From the NCBI GenBank assembly GCA_043228905.1, contig JBHGNT010000007.1, forward strand, positions 8,432,001-8,496,000: a stretch of 64,000 nt of DNA, read 5' to 3'. The stretch's first letter is position 1. Each line of letters opens with the position of its first letter. The notes beneath the pieces are model-generated. The model was not told the origin of the DNA. It saw nothing but the letters and a program-made list of their open reading frames with translations, and did not search any database. Below, one piece after another: positions 1 through 13,066 of the stretch. The stretch is from Azolla caroliniana (Eukaryota; Plantae; Polypodiophyta). The translations under genes and the position numbers were made by a program.

Positions 1-3000
1 AGCCAAGAAGTGTATCTTGGTTGGCTACTTGGACGAACAGAAGGGTTATAACTGTTATAACCCCCGAACCAAACAAGCTCGCGTAAGTCATGATGTTGTG
101 TTTGACGAGTCTGCGTCGTGGTACTTGCCTTTGCCTCCAACCCCTGATGATTCCATTCCGATCTTTGACGAAGAGGTCAACGAGGCTGAAATGCCTCGAG
201 ACGAAGGAGACATCGGAGCTCCTGAAGAGAGTTTGATCTCGTTCAGGCTAAGTGGGCCGAATGAGCGACTAAGTCGGCATGACCAGTCAGACGCAAAGCC
301 GATGAGTAGTGGGGACTTGGCCATGCATTCCTGGCGCAAGACGCCGAGGAGATGGCTTACGCATGAAGAGAAGGGAAAGAAGAAGATGCCAGAGTATACG
401 GCACTGATAAAGACGAGTCGAATCGAAGCAAATCCGACTTAGAGAAGAACGAAGACGGACCTTCGAAAACAAAGTTCGTGTCGGCCAAGAGGGCTTCAAA
501 ATCGGCTAATGAGCAATTACGCCGATCTACCCGCCAGAAGAACCTCGTGGTGCGGTTTGGATATACGAGTACATGGCACATCATTATGCGTACATGAGGC
601 AAGTGGCGGAAGTGAGTGAGCTGGAGAGCTATGTAGAAGCGGCGAAGGACACAACTTGGCGTGCCGCAATGGAGGAAGAGATGCATGCATTAACGGAAAA
701 TGAAACCTGGGACCTGGTTGACGCTCCGAAGGGTGTAAAACCAATTGGATGCAGGTGGGTGTACAAGGTCAAGTACAACATTGACGACCTTGTCAACCGA
801 TACAAGGCCCGATTAGTGGCAAAAGGCTACGCGCAGAAGCACGACATCGATTACGATGAGACCTTCGTGCGTGTCGCGAAGATGAACACTGTCTGTGTTT
901 AGCTGGCCATAGCAGTGGTGAAGGGGTTGCACTTACATCAGATGGATGTAAAGAATGCCTTCCTGCAAGGAGATCTTGAGGAAAAGGTGTACATGGTACA
1001 ACCCCCTGGTTTTCTATCCGACCGGAACACCTCGGCAGTTTGTCGACTAAAGAAGTTCCTCTATTGACTAAAACAAGCCTCGCATGCATGGAACGCCAAG
1101 ATCATGCAACGCCTGCGTCGGATGGGGTTTGCGATGTCCATATCGAACTCTTCATTGTTCATCCGGCAAGGTCGACGTGAACTAGTTAGTAGTTTACTCT
1201 ATGTTGATGATTTATTCATCGTCGGCGCCGACCTAGAAGAAATCGGCCACGTAAAGTCCTAGTTTGTGGTATCATTCGACATGAAGGACCTAGAGGACCT
1301 TCATTACTTCCTAGGGATTGAAGTGATCCGCACCCCTGAAGGCATACTGATTAGCCAACGACATTACGTGTTGAGTATGCGCTTCAAGTTTGGGATGGTC
1401 AACTGTAAGTCCATCTCAACTCCTCTAGACAGAAATGTCAAGCTTTGCCGAGATTCGGGAAAGGCGTGCGACCCGACACGGTTCTGATAGATTGTTAGAA
1501 GCCTAATTTATTTGACGATCACTCGGCCGGATCTCAGTTACCCAGTTGGCCTTATCAGTCAATTTATGTCGCAGTCCATGGCCAAACACCTTCAGTGCGA
1601 GCAAAGGATATTGCGTTATGTCTGCAGCACTAAGGATAGGGCACTGCTATATCGAACCGGTATTGCTGCATAGCTCGCCGGCTACTCGGATTCTGATTGG
1701 GCCAGAAACGCCGGCAATCGTAGATCCACATTTGGGTTCGCTTTCTCGCTTGGGAGCGCCGCGATTGCCTGGAGCAACAAGAAGTAGCCGACCGTTGCAT
1801 TGTCGAGCACGGAGGCTGTATCGAGGAGCGGTTATCGCAACATGCGAAGCCATTGGCTCAAGAGGCTACTCAAGGATCTGCAGGTGGAGGTGTTTGCTCC
1901 GCCGACGATCTACGACAACCTCAACAGCATCCAACTTGCAAAAAACCCTATCTTCCACGCCCGGACCAAGCACATTGAGGTGCACTACCATTTTGTCCAC
2001 GAGTGTGTCCTCTCCGGTGAAATTGAACTAGCGTATGTTTCGACGGATCGGCAGACTGCCGACATCTTTTCACTAAGCCCCTTGGTCTCGACAAGTTACG
2101 ACAATTCTTGGGTGCACTTGGTTTGCAGTACCTTGATGTGCCGAACTTGAGGGGGAGAAAAGACCAGGAAAGGGAGAAGGAAAGGAGCGGAAGTGACCGC
2201 GAAGCTGAGTCGGATGAAGAATTCAATTTTGGGTCGGCTGAAGAACCACAAGGTGGAAACAAGGGCAACAACCAAAGGGAAGAGCCAGAGTTAGCCAAAC
2301 AAGGGGGAGTTGATGCCAAGAAGGGCGAGAAGGCCAAGACCAAGACTTGGTCTGATGTGGTTAAGGGCCTGAAGACAGAAGACGAATTGGAGACAGCCAA
2401 TTCGGGCAAGAGCGAAAACGAATCGGAGACAACCGATTCAGTTCGAATGTTCGATTCGGAGACACCGAATCAACTGAAAGCCAAGCGGAAGAAAGGGCAG
2501 CGGAAGAGGCGCCAACACCACGACAACAAGGGAGTTGAGAAAGGTCGCACGAGCAGGCAAGCCAAACGAAAGGGTTGAAGCGCGCAGAATTGAATGGGCC
2601 TAGGAGCGCGAGCGAAGCGTGAAGCCAAGAGAAGCCGGAGCAAAGATCCAGAAGAGCCTCTGTCTTATAGTATTGTTTTGGAATAGATTTTTCTGTGTTT
2701 TGCTCTCTCTGTCTCTCCGGCATACACTATGTTGATTAAGCTTTCCATTAAACCTTCTTTGTTTTCTATCTGTTGTTACTCGATTGTGTCTGTTAAGCTT
2801 CCGCACGTATTCTTTTACATGTAAGCATATGATAAGGATAAAAGATAGATAGATAGAAAGGAGAGGGAGAAAGAAGGGTGTCGATCCACTTGACCACCCC
2901 TGAGCGAAGGGATCGAGATGGACTCGAGCCTCGATTGGCGTCCTATACCACCGTCGTGGCGTCAAGTCGTAGCTGGTGCTGGCACGCTCGCTACAAGAGT

Positions 3001-3012
3001 TGACCCACCACA
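1..3012 (+). mobile_element. Degenerate Ty1/Copia LTR retrotransposon, 3' half (integrase end, RT, RNase H, C-terminal extension, 3' LTR at about 2573-3012)
   Basis: ORF fragments carry Copia motifs (GYNCYNP..VSHDVVFDE, WVYKVK..RYKARLVAKGYAQ, LYVDD, HARTKHIEVHYHFV) and are broken by stops and frameshifts. LTR limits are approximate, taken by comparison with the related copy at 18740-19132. Confidence 0.9.
2108..2578 (+). CDS. Charged (K/E/R-rich) C-terminal extension of Copia Pol
   Basis: Continues from the RNase H end (…LGALGLQYLDVPNLRG…). A homologous segment with KAKTK.W.D.VKG..EDESETTD lies on the minus strand at about 33240-33960. Confidence 0.6.
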   Translation: MGALGLQYLDVPNLRGRKDQEREKERSGSDREAESDEEFNFGSAEEPQGGNKGNNQREEPELAKQGGVDAKKGEKAKTKTWSDVVKGLKTEDELETANSGKSENESETTDSVRMFDSETPNQLKAKRKKGQRKRRQHHDNKGVEKGRTSRQAKRKG

Positions 3013-3299
3013 ACGTTAGAGTCTCGACATAGTCAAAAGATGATCAAATGAGGGTAGCTAGGCCTCATATTTATAGCAAGACCCAAGTCCCCCAAGTAAG
3101 TTCACACTTGGCCTAATGGGTTGTCTCAATCCCGAGGATTAAAAGTAATCCTCCCCTTCTTTACACTCTCATTTAACCCTCACACTTATCCACGTGTATA
3201 GAATACTAAAAAACTACTTTTCATCCCTCAAATTTTAATCTTTTTGAACAATATCGTAATTGTGGTTTTAAAACCTATGCTGAACTTTTATCAACACTT

Positions 3300-5830
3300 C
3301 TTGTCGTTGAGCAACACCACTAAGTTCTCGTCGAGAACGACAAACTTTATCCAGTTAGTCAACCTATGGCTCTACAATTCAAGGATTTGACGCATGTCGA
3401 GAGTAATTATTCTAGACAACAACATCATCATCAACACCCATATGCATAGAGTCGAGGAAGAGGAAGAGGAGGAGGAAATCAACAAAGTAATCAAGTCAAG
3501 CCAATGCACCATCAATCAAAGTTGAGTCAAGATAAGCCTTCATCGAATTCATGTCTTCGATGTGGTTTACGAGGGCACTGAGCAAATACTTGCCGAACTT
3601 CTAAGTTTCATGTTGATCATTACCATAAGTATGGCAAGCGAGGCCAAGATAGGAAACCATAGGCTAATATGGTAGTAGAACCATCAACGATCTCACCATC
3701 AATTCCAATCATGGAATATAGTTTTATGGATCAACCTTTGGAATTCGAGCCCAAAGCTAACATGATTGAAGTCCCTTTCGACATCAAGACTATAGGTGGT
3801 TCTTGTATTGGACAAGGAAGACGCCCCACCACTATATAACTTCCAAGTGGCACTTTCTTGGAAATACATGATGTTATCTATGCACCTACCTCGCTAAGAA
3901 ATCTTCTTGCATTTGCAGATGTGTGATGCAATGGATACCACCTCATTACATGGGAGTCAAAGATGCTTCATCGCGTTTTTCTCACGTCACACTTCTTTCT
4001 ACTCGCAACATGGCGTTGCCTCAACCCCTCACCCTTATCATCAAGTTGCGTGCTCAATTCCCATGTTTTCCAATTAAGTCAATTCGGATGGACAACGCTA
4101 CCGAGTTTACGTCAACAACCTTTATTCACTATTGCGAATCTATCATTCAACATGGGGACATGTAGTACTTCATGCAACGAAACTTCTCTGATTACGGCCC
4201 TCATCATATCATATTTACTCTCCCCATCAACTCATGACAGCTTTCGTGAATGAATCGGATCCTCAAACTATTCAAGAAGCAAAATCATCTCCTTTTTAGG
4301 ATAAATGGAAAGAAGCTATTCAAGTTGAGCTAAATAGTCTTCTCAAACGAGGAATTTTTGGTAAAATTCAAGAGACGCATATTGGTCATACACCTGTTGG
4401 CTATCGTTGGGTTTTTGTGCAAAAGCGTAATGACAAAGGATAAGTTACTCATTATAAGGCAAGGTTTGTTGGTCAAGGTTTCACATAACGATTTGGTATT
4501 GATTATACTGATACATATTCTCTGGTTATAGATGCAACGAGTTTTCGTTGGTTGGTTCATTTTATTGTTAAACCAAGTCTTCATATGCGTCTCATGGATG
4601 TGGTTACAACTTATCTTTATGGTGATTTGGATAAAGATATATACATGGAGATACTTGAAGAAAGTTGCAACTCTATGCAACTTGGAAAATTTTGCAATCC
4701 ATTGATCAAGTTATGTAAGTCACTTTATGGACTTAAACAAGTCGGTCGTATGTGGTATCAACATCTTTCTCAATATCTTCTTTCTAGCGGATTTAAGAAT
4801 GATGATATTTGTCCTTGCATATTTATCAAGCATCATCTCAAAGAATTTGTCATCATTGCTATTTATGTTGATGATCTCAATATTATAGGAACATCCAATG
4901 CTATTAAAGATGTTGTTGCTATGCTTAACCGCCAATTTGAAATGAAAGACCTCGGTTTAACTACATTCTGCTTGGGTCTTCATATTGAGCACCTATCTAA
5001 TGGAATTCTTCTTCATCAGAGCTCTTATATCCATAAAATATTAAAACGGCTTTCTATGGTTCAAGCTCATTCTATGGTAGTGCGCTCTCTCGATCCTTCT
5101 TGTGACCCATTTCGGCCAAGATCTTCTAACGAGTCAGCATTGGGACCACAGTATCCTTACATGGTTGTTGTTGGTGCACTTATGTACTTGGCTAATTGTA
5201 CGCGTCCGGACATTTTGGTCACTGTCAATTTGTTTTCTCAGTATAATGGAATTAAGCAGATTTTCCGCTATTTACGAGGCACTAAACATATGGGTCTTTT
5301 GTTTACCAACGATTCTATGCACGGTCAATTGACAGGTTATTCTAACGTTGGGTTCTTATCTTACCCTCATGTTGGCAAATCACAAACAAGATATGTTTTC
5401 CTTGTTGGTGGCACAAAATCTCTTGGCGATTGACAAAGCAAACATTTGTTGAAATATTTTTCCCAAAAGCTTACCTGCATCAAAACATTGGCTGAACAAT
5501 CCTTCCCTTGGACTCAGAAGATTATCACCGCTGATGAGTTAAACCAATGATGATGAGATGAGGGGGAGTGTTATGAACTCATCCATGTAATGGGTCATGC
5601 TATACCTATCTTAGTCTTAAGCTTTAGTTAACAAGACTTCATGATGTAAATAGTATGCATGCATCCCATCATCTTGTGGATCATAAACTCATATATCTCA
5701 ATCATTTTGGATTATATATAGAAGAGCATAGTCTATGAGCTCTATCTAGAGATTATATTGATATGTGATTAGTGATCTAGATTAATATCTAATCGCTCTT
5801 TGATCTTGCTTAATAGTCTATTCTATAACA
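3300..5830 (+). mobile_element. Heavily deleted Copia element of a second family, with 3' LTR at 5569-5830
   Basis: Zinc-knuckle remnant near 3550, integrase remnant IKSIRMDNATEF, RT ORF 4552-5433 (LYGLKQVGRMWY, IAIYVDD). PPT AGGGGGAG at 5561-5568 is followed by an LTR with TGTTAT…ATAACA termini. The 5' boundary is approximate. Confidence 0.8.
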
Positions 5831-6344
5831 TAAATATAAATATAGACGAATGGATTTCAATCATACTTCGAGCCATTTCACATATGAGTATGATACGAAT
5901 GTTCACGTATGAGTATGACACAAATGGGAAGTATGGCTTGAACTATGTTTACAAACGGACTTGTGACTCTATTACAATTTTTTATTTATTCTTATATAAT
6001 GGATGCCATCTAATTTAAACAAGAGGCAATGGAACGAAATGAAATACAAGCTTTCCCATTTCCCCAATGCTTGCGGAGATAAAATCAACCATTGATACAT
6101 AAGAGTTAGAATGTTGGAGCATTATCAATATATTGTAGGTGATACTTGTGAAAAAAAATCAATCTAAACACATGTTGGTGGTGTTTATCCGAACTTTTGA
6201 AATAGAACTACTCTAAAATTGTTTTCACACCAAGAAATATAGGCAAAATAGTTTTGTGATGGCAATAGTGACACAAATCTTTCAAAGCAATCATATCTTT
6301 TTTTTAGTTCTTTGGAAGCACTGAAATATAGACTTGCATGAAGT

Positions 6345-6426
6345 TGTTACCTGAGAGACTCAAACACTCGTGGAAAGACTTCATGTACTTAGCAAGCACA
6401 CGCCTTAACCACTCAGCCAAAGTGAC
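6345..6426 (-). pseudogene. tRNA-Ser(GCT)-derived pseudogene in an isolated, degraded piece of the satellite seen at 54.9-62.4 kb
   Basis: Reverse complement reads GTCACTTTGGCTGAGTGGTTAAGGCGTGTGCTTGCTAAGTACATG…TTTGAGTCTCTCAGGTAAC. Flanks at about 6200-6340 match the satellite monomer in reverse. Confidence 0.8.
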
Positions 6427-7036
6427 ATGATAAAAGAAAATATACTTTAATTTTTACAACTAGAAACTTAAGTAAAACTTTTCCGCACTAATCCAAACTC
6501 TCATGGAGGGACTCATCTACTTTGTTGGCGAAACCATCACAATTGTCGAAAGTAGGCTAGGAGGAGTGACCCCAATTGTCATCTCCTAAAGGAATCCCCC
6601 ATGTTATTACAAGATATAGGGTTGAAACCTAGGGCAAAGTAACTCATTGGAGCATTACCATGGTTGTGGAATTATATATACAAACGGATTTGTCACTCTA
6701 TTCCAATGTTTTATTTATACTTACAAACGAATTAGTAGAATATCTTTAGAGAAAGGGTAGTGATGTTTGATAATGAGATAATGGTTGAATGTAGCGACTT
6801 AAATGTTGGTGCATTCTCAAACATACAAGTGCATCTTACATAAATGTCAATTTTTGTAGCTTATAAATGAAGCTCATTACTCCCATGGCATGTTTAACTC
6901 CGATAACAATGTATTTACTTCAAGGTTTCTGTATATATATTTTTCACTTGGATTAGTTCTATATGAATACTAAGCAACTTCTTTCTTGATATTGTGAAAC
7001 TTTGGGCCACAAGTTTGGCTAGCAGATGTTGCTTTC

Positions 7037-7783
7037 TAGGGTGCCAATTACATCATTTGGTCACTTTTCATTTATACCCTCCTGATGATGTGGTACTTGG
7101 GTCCTCTTTTATTTTATGTATATATAATCTTATCGATGTTATGAAACAACTCTTTGAAGTCACTAGCTTGGACATAACACTACAATTGTATCCATCTTGG
7201 ACAAGCAATTGGTTAGGTAGTGCCAATATGGCTTGATGTTTGGGGAACAATCCTTGAACTCTCCACACTATTGTTTCCCATCGGTTAGGGTGCCAATTAC
7301 ATCATTTGGTCACTTTTCATTTATACCCTCCTGATGATGAGGCACTTGGGTCCTCTTTTATTTTATGTATATATAATCTTATCGATGTTATGAAACAACT
7401 CTTTGAATTCACTAGCTTGGACATAACACTACAATTGTATCCATCTTGGACAAGCAATTGGTTAGGTAGTGCCAATATGGCTTGATGTTTGGGGAACAAT
7501 CCTTGAACTCTCCACACTATTGTTTCCCATCGGTTAGGGTGCCAATTACATCATTTGGTCACTTTTCATTTATACCCTCCTGATGATGAGGCACTTGGGT
7601 TCTCTTTTATTTTATGTATATATAATCTTATCGATGTTATGAAACAACTCTTTGAAGTCACTAGCTTGGACATAACACTACAATTGTATCCATCTTGGAC
7701 AAGCAATTGGTTAGGTAGTGCCAATATGGCTTGATGTTTGGGGAACAATCCTTGAACTCTCCACACTATTGTTTCCCATCGGT
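7037..7783. repeat. Tandem repeat, 3 x 249 bp
   Basis: Near-identical units starting TAGGGTGCCAATTAC; the ORF track repeats at a 249-bp offset (7068, 7317, 7566). A few SNPs separate the units. Confidence 0.95.
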
Positions 7784-8013
7784 ATGTATGCCCATTTAAC
7801 ACAGCTTATGTTCAAGTAAATCTTAAGTATTCTTGCAAATGAATACAAAATTTCCACATCTTATAAAACATTTTATTACTATGATATCCACACTATTGTT
7901 TCCCATCCGTATGTATGCCCATTTAACACAGCTTATGTTCAAGTAAATCTTAAGTATTCTTGCAAATGAATACAAAATTTCCACATCTTATAAAACATTT
8001 TATTACTATGATA
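7761..8013. repeat. Tandem duplication, 2 x about 127 bp
   Basis: CCACACTATTGTTTCCCATC…TTACTATGATAT occurs at 7761 and 7888. Confidence 0.9.
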
Positions 8014-8990
8014 TGGGCTTTAGAAGTCATAAATGCATTATGTTTAGTCTCTTACTTCTGAGAAGCCTTTTAAGAAATCCGTGTAGGAAATTAAAGGCTA
8101 AAATTAGAGAGAATGAAGATCTATATCATCTATTCATTGCAACAGCAGTATGGCAGTGTGACAAAAGAGCGTCTCTCAAAAATGATAGTAGAACGGAATC
8201 CTATCATGGTTCATATACATATCTCAAATCTCCTGAAGGCCTTCCAAGCTCATTAGAATAGATCCTACAATATAGATACCATTGAAATGAAGTCAAATGG
8301 GCATTTCTTGTCTTTTATATTATTAACATTCCATGGGTTGCAAGCTTCAAGAAACAAGGTAATGATTCGATGTCATTATTCATTATTCATTATTCATGGA
8401 CCATAATAACATCCTAATATGTAAGCCAGTGGCAGTAACAAAACAAAACCCCTGAACTGAGAACAATAGCTAACATGATAATCATATGGCTAACATGTTA
8501 ATCATAACATCCGTAAACCACAACACGATTAATCTTAGCCCAAAATCGGCAACAATAACCATATGAATCATATAGCAATACATACTAGATTCTAAACCGG
8601 AAAACCATTACTCATAACCCTACACCAATCAGGCAAAAACCCAACACTGATATCCATCACTATCCACAAATCTTTAACAACCCTACACAATATAACTAAC
8701 TCTATCCATGAACCATAGCATCCCTAAACCTTAATTCCTAATCCATATAACATATAAAAGAATACTGTCTACAAACCAATCAACCCTAAACCCAAACTGA
8801 TAACAATAATTACCCATGAATCATAGCAAATCCTAATCATTCCTAAACCAAAATATACTAACAATAACTATTCCATGAATCATACATAGCAAATCTTAAA
8901 CCTTGAACCCATAAGACTACGAAACCCTAATCAGTAGAACCTGATTAGAGACGACTATCCGCGAATTACAACAGGTCTCACATCCTCCTC

Positions 8991-9398
8991 TCATGGGAAC
9001 ATCCTCTCCTCTGCACTGATACGCACATTATTAGCAGACATATCCCTCCTCTGCATCAAACCAGAGGAATCAAAGGTCCAATGCTCGATTCCATAAGCTC
9101 TCCACCACACCTCGTTCTCATCCACATATTCATACTCAAATTCCACCGCGATCTTATTGTCTGTGAAGCAGAAGAGACGTTTCTTGAGCTTATATTGTCT
9201 CTCCATTTCCCATTTCTCTGTTAGGAATGCGGTGATGGCTTCTCGACCCTGAATGAAGAGGTCTCGGTTTCTCCACTCAGAATCCACGGTGTAGGCTTGG
9301 GCCACCTTGATGGGATCTTTGGTATTCCACAGATCCTCTGCTCTCTGGACTTTGGCTAAGGCGGTTTGCTCGTTGAAAGGGGGGGCTAGAGCTTCCAT
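8991..9398 (-). CDS. DUF1348 / SnoaL-like (NTF2-fold) protein, intronless, 135 aa
   Basis: PPF..TA..KV..AED.WN..DP.KVA.AYT.DSEWRNR..FI.GRE.I..FL..KW..E..Y.L.K.L..F.DN.IAV.F.YE…W.R.YG.E.W.FD..GLM.RR..S.N matches the DUF1348 consensus I recall from bacteria and fungi. The ORF is intact. Confidence 0.88.
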   Translation of the reverse strand: MEALAPPFNEQTALAKVQRAEDLWNTKDPIKVAQAYTVDSEWRNRDLFIQGREAITAFLTEKWEMERQYKLKKRLFCFTDNKIAVEFEYEYVDENEVWWRAYGIEHWTFDSSGLMQRRDMSANNVRISAEERMFP

Positions 9399-9555
9399 TA
9401 AAGCTCCGATCGATCTCTGCTGTGATCTTTGCTTTTGTTTGCATGATGGTGAATGGATCAGATCATCATGAAGATTTAAGGAATTTGGGGGTGATCCATT
9501 CGGGCGGGCAGGAGACCACTATCATCCCATCCCATCCCAATGGACCCTGCGCTAC

Positions 9556-9887
9556 TAGGAATCGGCAAACTCTTCTGTTTCGGCTTAACCGGTTTGCCCT
9601 TGTCTAAATCTAACCAAACCGGTTTGAGAGTTTTCAACGTTAGAACCGAACCTCTTCCAACACTGGTTCATGTTTAACCGGATTGGCCAAACCGTTTAAG
9701 CCCTAACCGGTTTAGGAACTGGATTGGCCCTTAACGGTTCGGTTCAACTTGAACCTTGCCAAACCGATTCGAGCTCAATCTAGTTAAGGCGGCTCAAGCC
9801 TAAACCAAGCCGAACCAAACCGCCAAACCATTTAAATACAGTTTAATGGCTCGGTTTAGGCTTGAGTTGAGCCGTTGCCGATTCCTA
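9556..9887. mobile_element. MITE-like non-autonomous element (hAT-like termini)
   Basis: 13-bp TIR TAGGAATCGGCAA / TTGCCGATTCCTA; interior dense in AACCG/CGGTT motifs. The TSD is not clean (only CTAC shared). Confidence 0.7.
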
Positions 9888-12800
9888 CCTACTACCTAAT
9901 ACGACCATTGGAGAGTCTGAGGGGTTGTTGGAGTCTAGCGGGCACAAATAAGAAAATGTTTGGGGCATTCGAGACATAAAGAAAAGCACGAGTATATTCT
10001 CGAGAGGTTCTCGCTCATCAAATCCCCCTTAGATAATCGCACGCATGCGCGCGTGTATGTGGCCGTAAAATGTAAGCAATGATCGTGATGGGTAGGTAGA
10101 GCATGATGTGTTAGTGTACATACCTATGAGCATATGTGCCACCTTAATGTTCCACGTTAATAAGCATAAGTGACGTCAAGGCACAATTGTCTTAGTCTAA
10201 AAGGTTTTGTTCACAATCTTTTGTCACCAAAAAGGATACTAAGGCACAAACATATTATTGTCATATAAGGATGGTCGAGCACGATTTAAGACACAAATGG
10301 ACGAATGCAATGTAATACTGGAATGTCAATAGCCGAACATAACCGTAAATGGTTTTCCTCTTCTTCATGTCACCTTCAAGACTTAACAAGACAAGATTCA
10401 CATGGGTGCTCTTTTACAGGTTATGTATATCTTACCAAAATTACCCACGTCTTACCGCTTTTGTATTATCTGGTTGCATCAACCAAATAAATGAGACAAA
10501 GCATAGCGTAACATTATCTTTGTATAGCAACGAAATTCTATTGATGTCATGACCACATACTATTACTTAATTGATTGAAATCCTATACATTTAATATATC
10601 AACATGGTGGTGTGTTGATAAATAATATAGTTTTCAACATTATGGTTTGTGCACCAAGTTTACTATTATGCTGATTATTTTGCATTCGTCGTCATGTTAG
10701 TGTCAACATCATGCACACTCCGAAAGCTTGTTTATGAAGTTGTGACTATATTTTTCCCACAGCATGACAATAGCTCATAATTTTAGTTGAAGATCATGCA
10801 AACTCTTAAATAAATATCTTCACAATATTGAGATTGGTAGGTTTCTGGAAACCTTTGATGCTAGTTCATAATATCAAATTGAGATCATGCAAACTAAATG
10901 TCTTCACAAATTTGGGATTGACGAGTTTTTCCAAACCTTCGATGTGCTGCTTTTAGTTTAAGTTCACATCATGCACCTAAACAATTTGTTACTCAAAAAT
11001 GTCTTCAACATTGAGATGTTTCCACAATCTAAGGTCAACACAATGTGAAAATTGTTGCCTTCATACATCACACCTATACAAACTTGAGAAGTCTCCACAC
11101 CTTATTGCATTTAGATCCACGAGCTAACTTTATAGAACTTTTAAAATTTGTAATTTATAAACATGATGGAGTAGTGGGTTCAAGTCTCAAGATTTTATTT
11201 TGACATTTCGTTCGTTATAAGAAGTCTACTCACGTTTAGTTCAAGATCAAGGACACAAACGCTTTACTTCTAAAATGGTTTTACAAAATTGTTGTCTCGA
11301 TAATTTTTCCCAATGTTTTAATTCCAGCATCAATTATGAACAAACCATTAACATTATTAATTGATTCTAATACTCCTTTTGATCTTTCTAAAAATTACCA
11401 AATACTCTTACCTTTTTTTTCCTTTTAGAATATCCTTCCATTAATTATGAAAAGCCATATCAGCTATAAAATAACTAGATATAAAGGAAGCCAAGATACT
11501 TCCAATTCATGAGTTCCTATGATACCATTTAGTAAAACCACTTAAAAATTGGTTTGGAATGTTAATGAAGTCAACACATTAGAATCCAAATGGACTAATG
11601 AATTCCATAAAGATGAACATATTACCCAAACTTAGCATTTATGAACCATATTGTAAGAATCATCAATGCAAATATCCTATCCTTTGCATGAAGGAACCTT
11701 CCATGTCAACTACATACTTCACATGATGTGACACCAACTTCATGCACATGAAATAGAAGATATAAAAAGCACATGACATATGCCTTGTATGCTGTTGACA
11801 TGATCATGGAGCAACCATGGCCCATGACTTGTATTTGCAGCAATTCTTATGTACATATAATTTCCTTCTAATACAATTAGTGTGGTATCTCTTTTAAGCA
11901 ATATTCGCATGTGAGATCATGTCGATGACACTTGTATTATTATCATATACATGTACATTCATAAATTTATTTTGTGCGCTAAGGCATTTCATGTTCTAAT
12001 TCTTCATGTTTAGAAATATAGTAGTAATTTGTAATGCACGTGTTTAATTTTAACTAATAGTTAAAAAAACCCATTTAAAGTGTTTATATTTTGGACAAGA
12101 GATGGCATACTAAATCAAAATGTGAACGCCATGTTAATGAGGCATATCGATCCTTAACATCCCCTATATGACATAATATTATTTATGAGATTAGGCTAAA
12201 CCTATGACGATGATCAAACTTGGATAGATAGATCTTATTATCATATTTGGCGTTCAAATATGATGTATAAAATATAACACTTTCAAAATGGCGTATAAAA
12301 TATATGATTTGCGACACTCAATGTTTAAGAACTTTACTAATGAATATCACAATCGGAGTGTAGAGTGAGACATTGAGAGAGATTTGTGGAATGATTGGGT
12401 TTGGTCAAAGATGTGTGGAAAACATGCTCAGCTGAAATCGAACACAAAGCATTGCATCAAAAGTGTGATACTCATACTCCCTAACTTGTTTAGGGCAAAG
12501 TATGCAAAAAGTCCACTCCTCTCGCTCTAATCACTTGTGCCCCAACATCTCGTTTCGCAGTATAGCTAGTGGGAGCCTCTTTCAAGGTCCTCATCGGGGT
12601 CTTGATGCAGATTGAGGGGCATGCATGCAGGATGAACAATCAGATAAAGGAGGTCGAGGGGCTCTCTATATAAGGATGGAGACAACAACTGTCCGACTGA
12701 TTGGCTAAGACAAATAACTGTCACCACCACCCCCCATGCAGGAGGGGGGGGGGGGGGGATGGAATCTCTCGCGAGAGATGGGTGGGGATCTTGCGGGCGG

Positions 12801-13066
12801 GGGAATCTTAGGAGAGACCAAATGTGTGTGTGTGTGTGTGTGAAAGCACAAACACAAGAACTCTCTTCTCACTCACCCTCCATTAACCAATCATCCCATC
12901 CCATCCCATCACATGCTGTTTTGTGTTTGTGTTATTTTGTTGGGTTTTGATTGATTATTTTGTTCATACTGTTCCTCCTGCTCCTGCTCCTGCTCCAGCC
13001 CCTGCTCCTCATACATACATACATACTCTCTGTCTGCCTGCCTGCCTGCCTGCCTGCCTGCCAGTC

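Noticed and set aside
8430-8930. Scattered CCCTAAA/AAACCCTAA telomere-like words
   Set aside because: Not tandem; part of a low-complexity degenerate repeat, so no interstitial telomere is supported.
8925-8950. Hairpin downstream of the DUF1348 stop resembling a bacterial intrinsic terminator
   Set aside because: AT-rich stem with only a 3-nt U tract, inside a degenerate repeat region; not distinguishable from chance.
10000-12500. Possible decayed elements in the AT-rich intergenic region (also 16700-18700)
   Set aside because: No termini, TSDs or recognisable protein motifs could be supported by eye.
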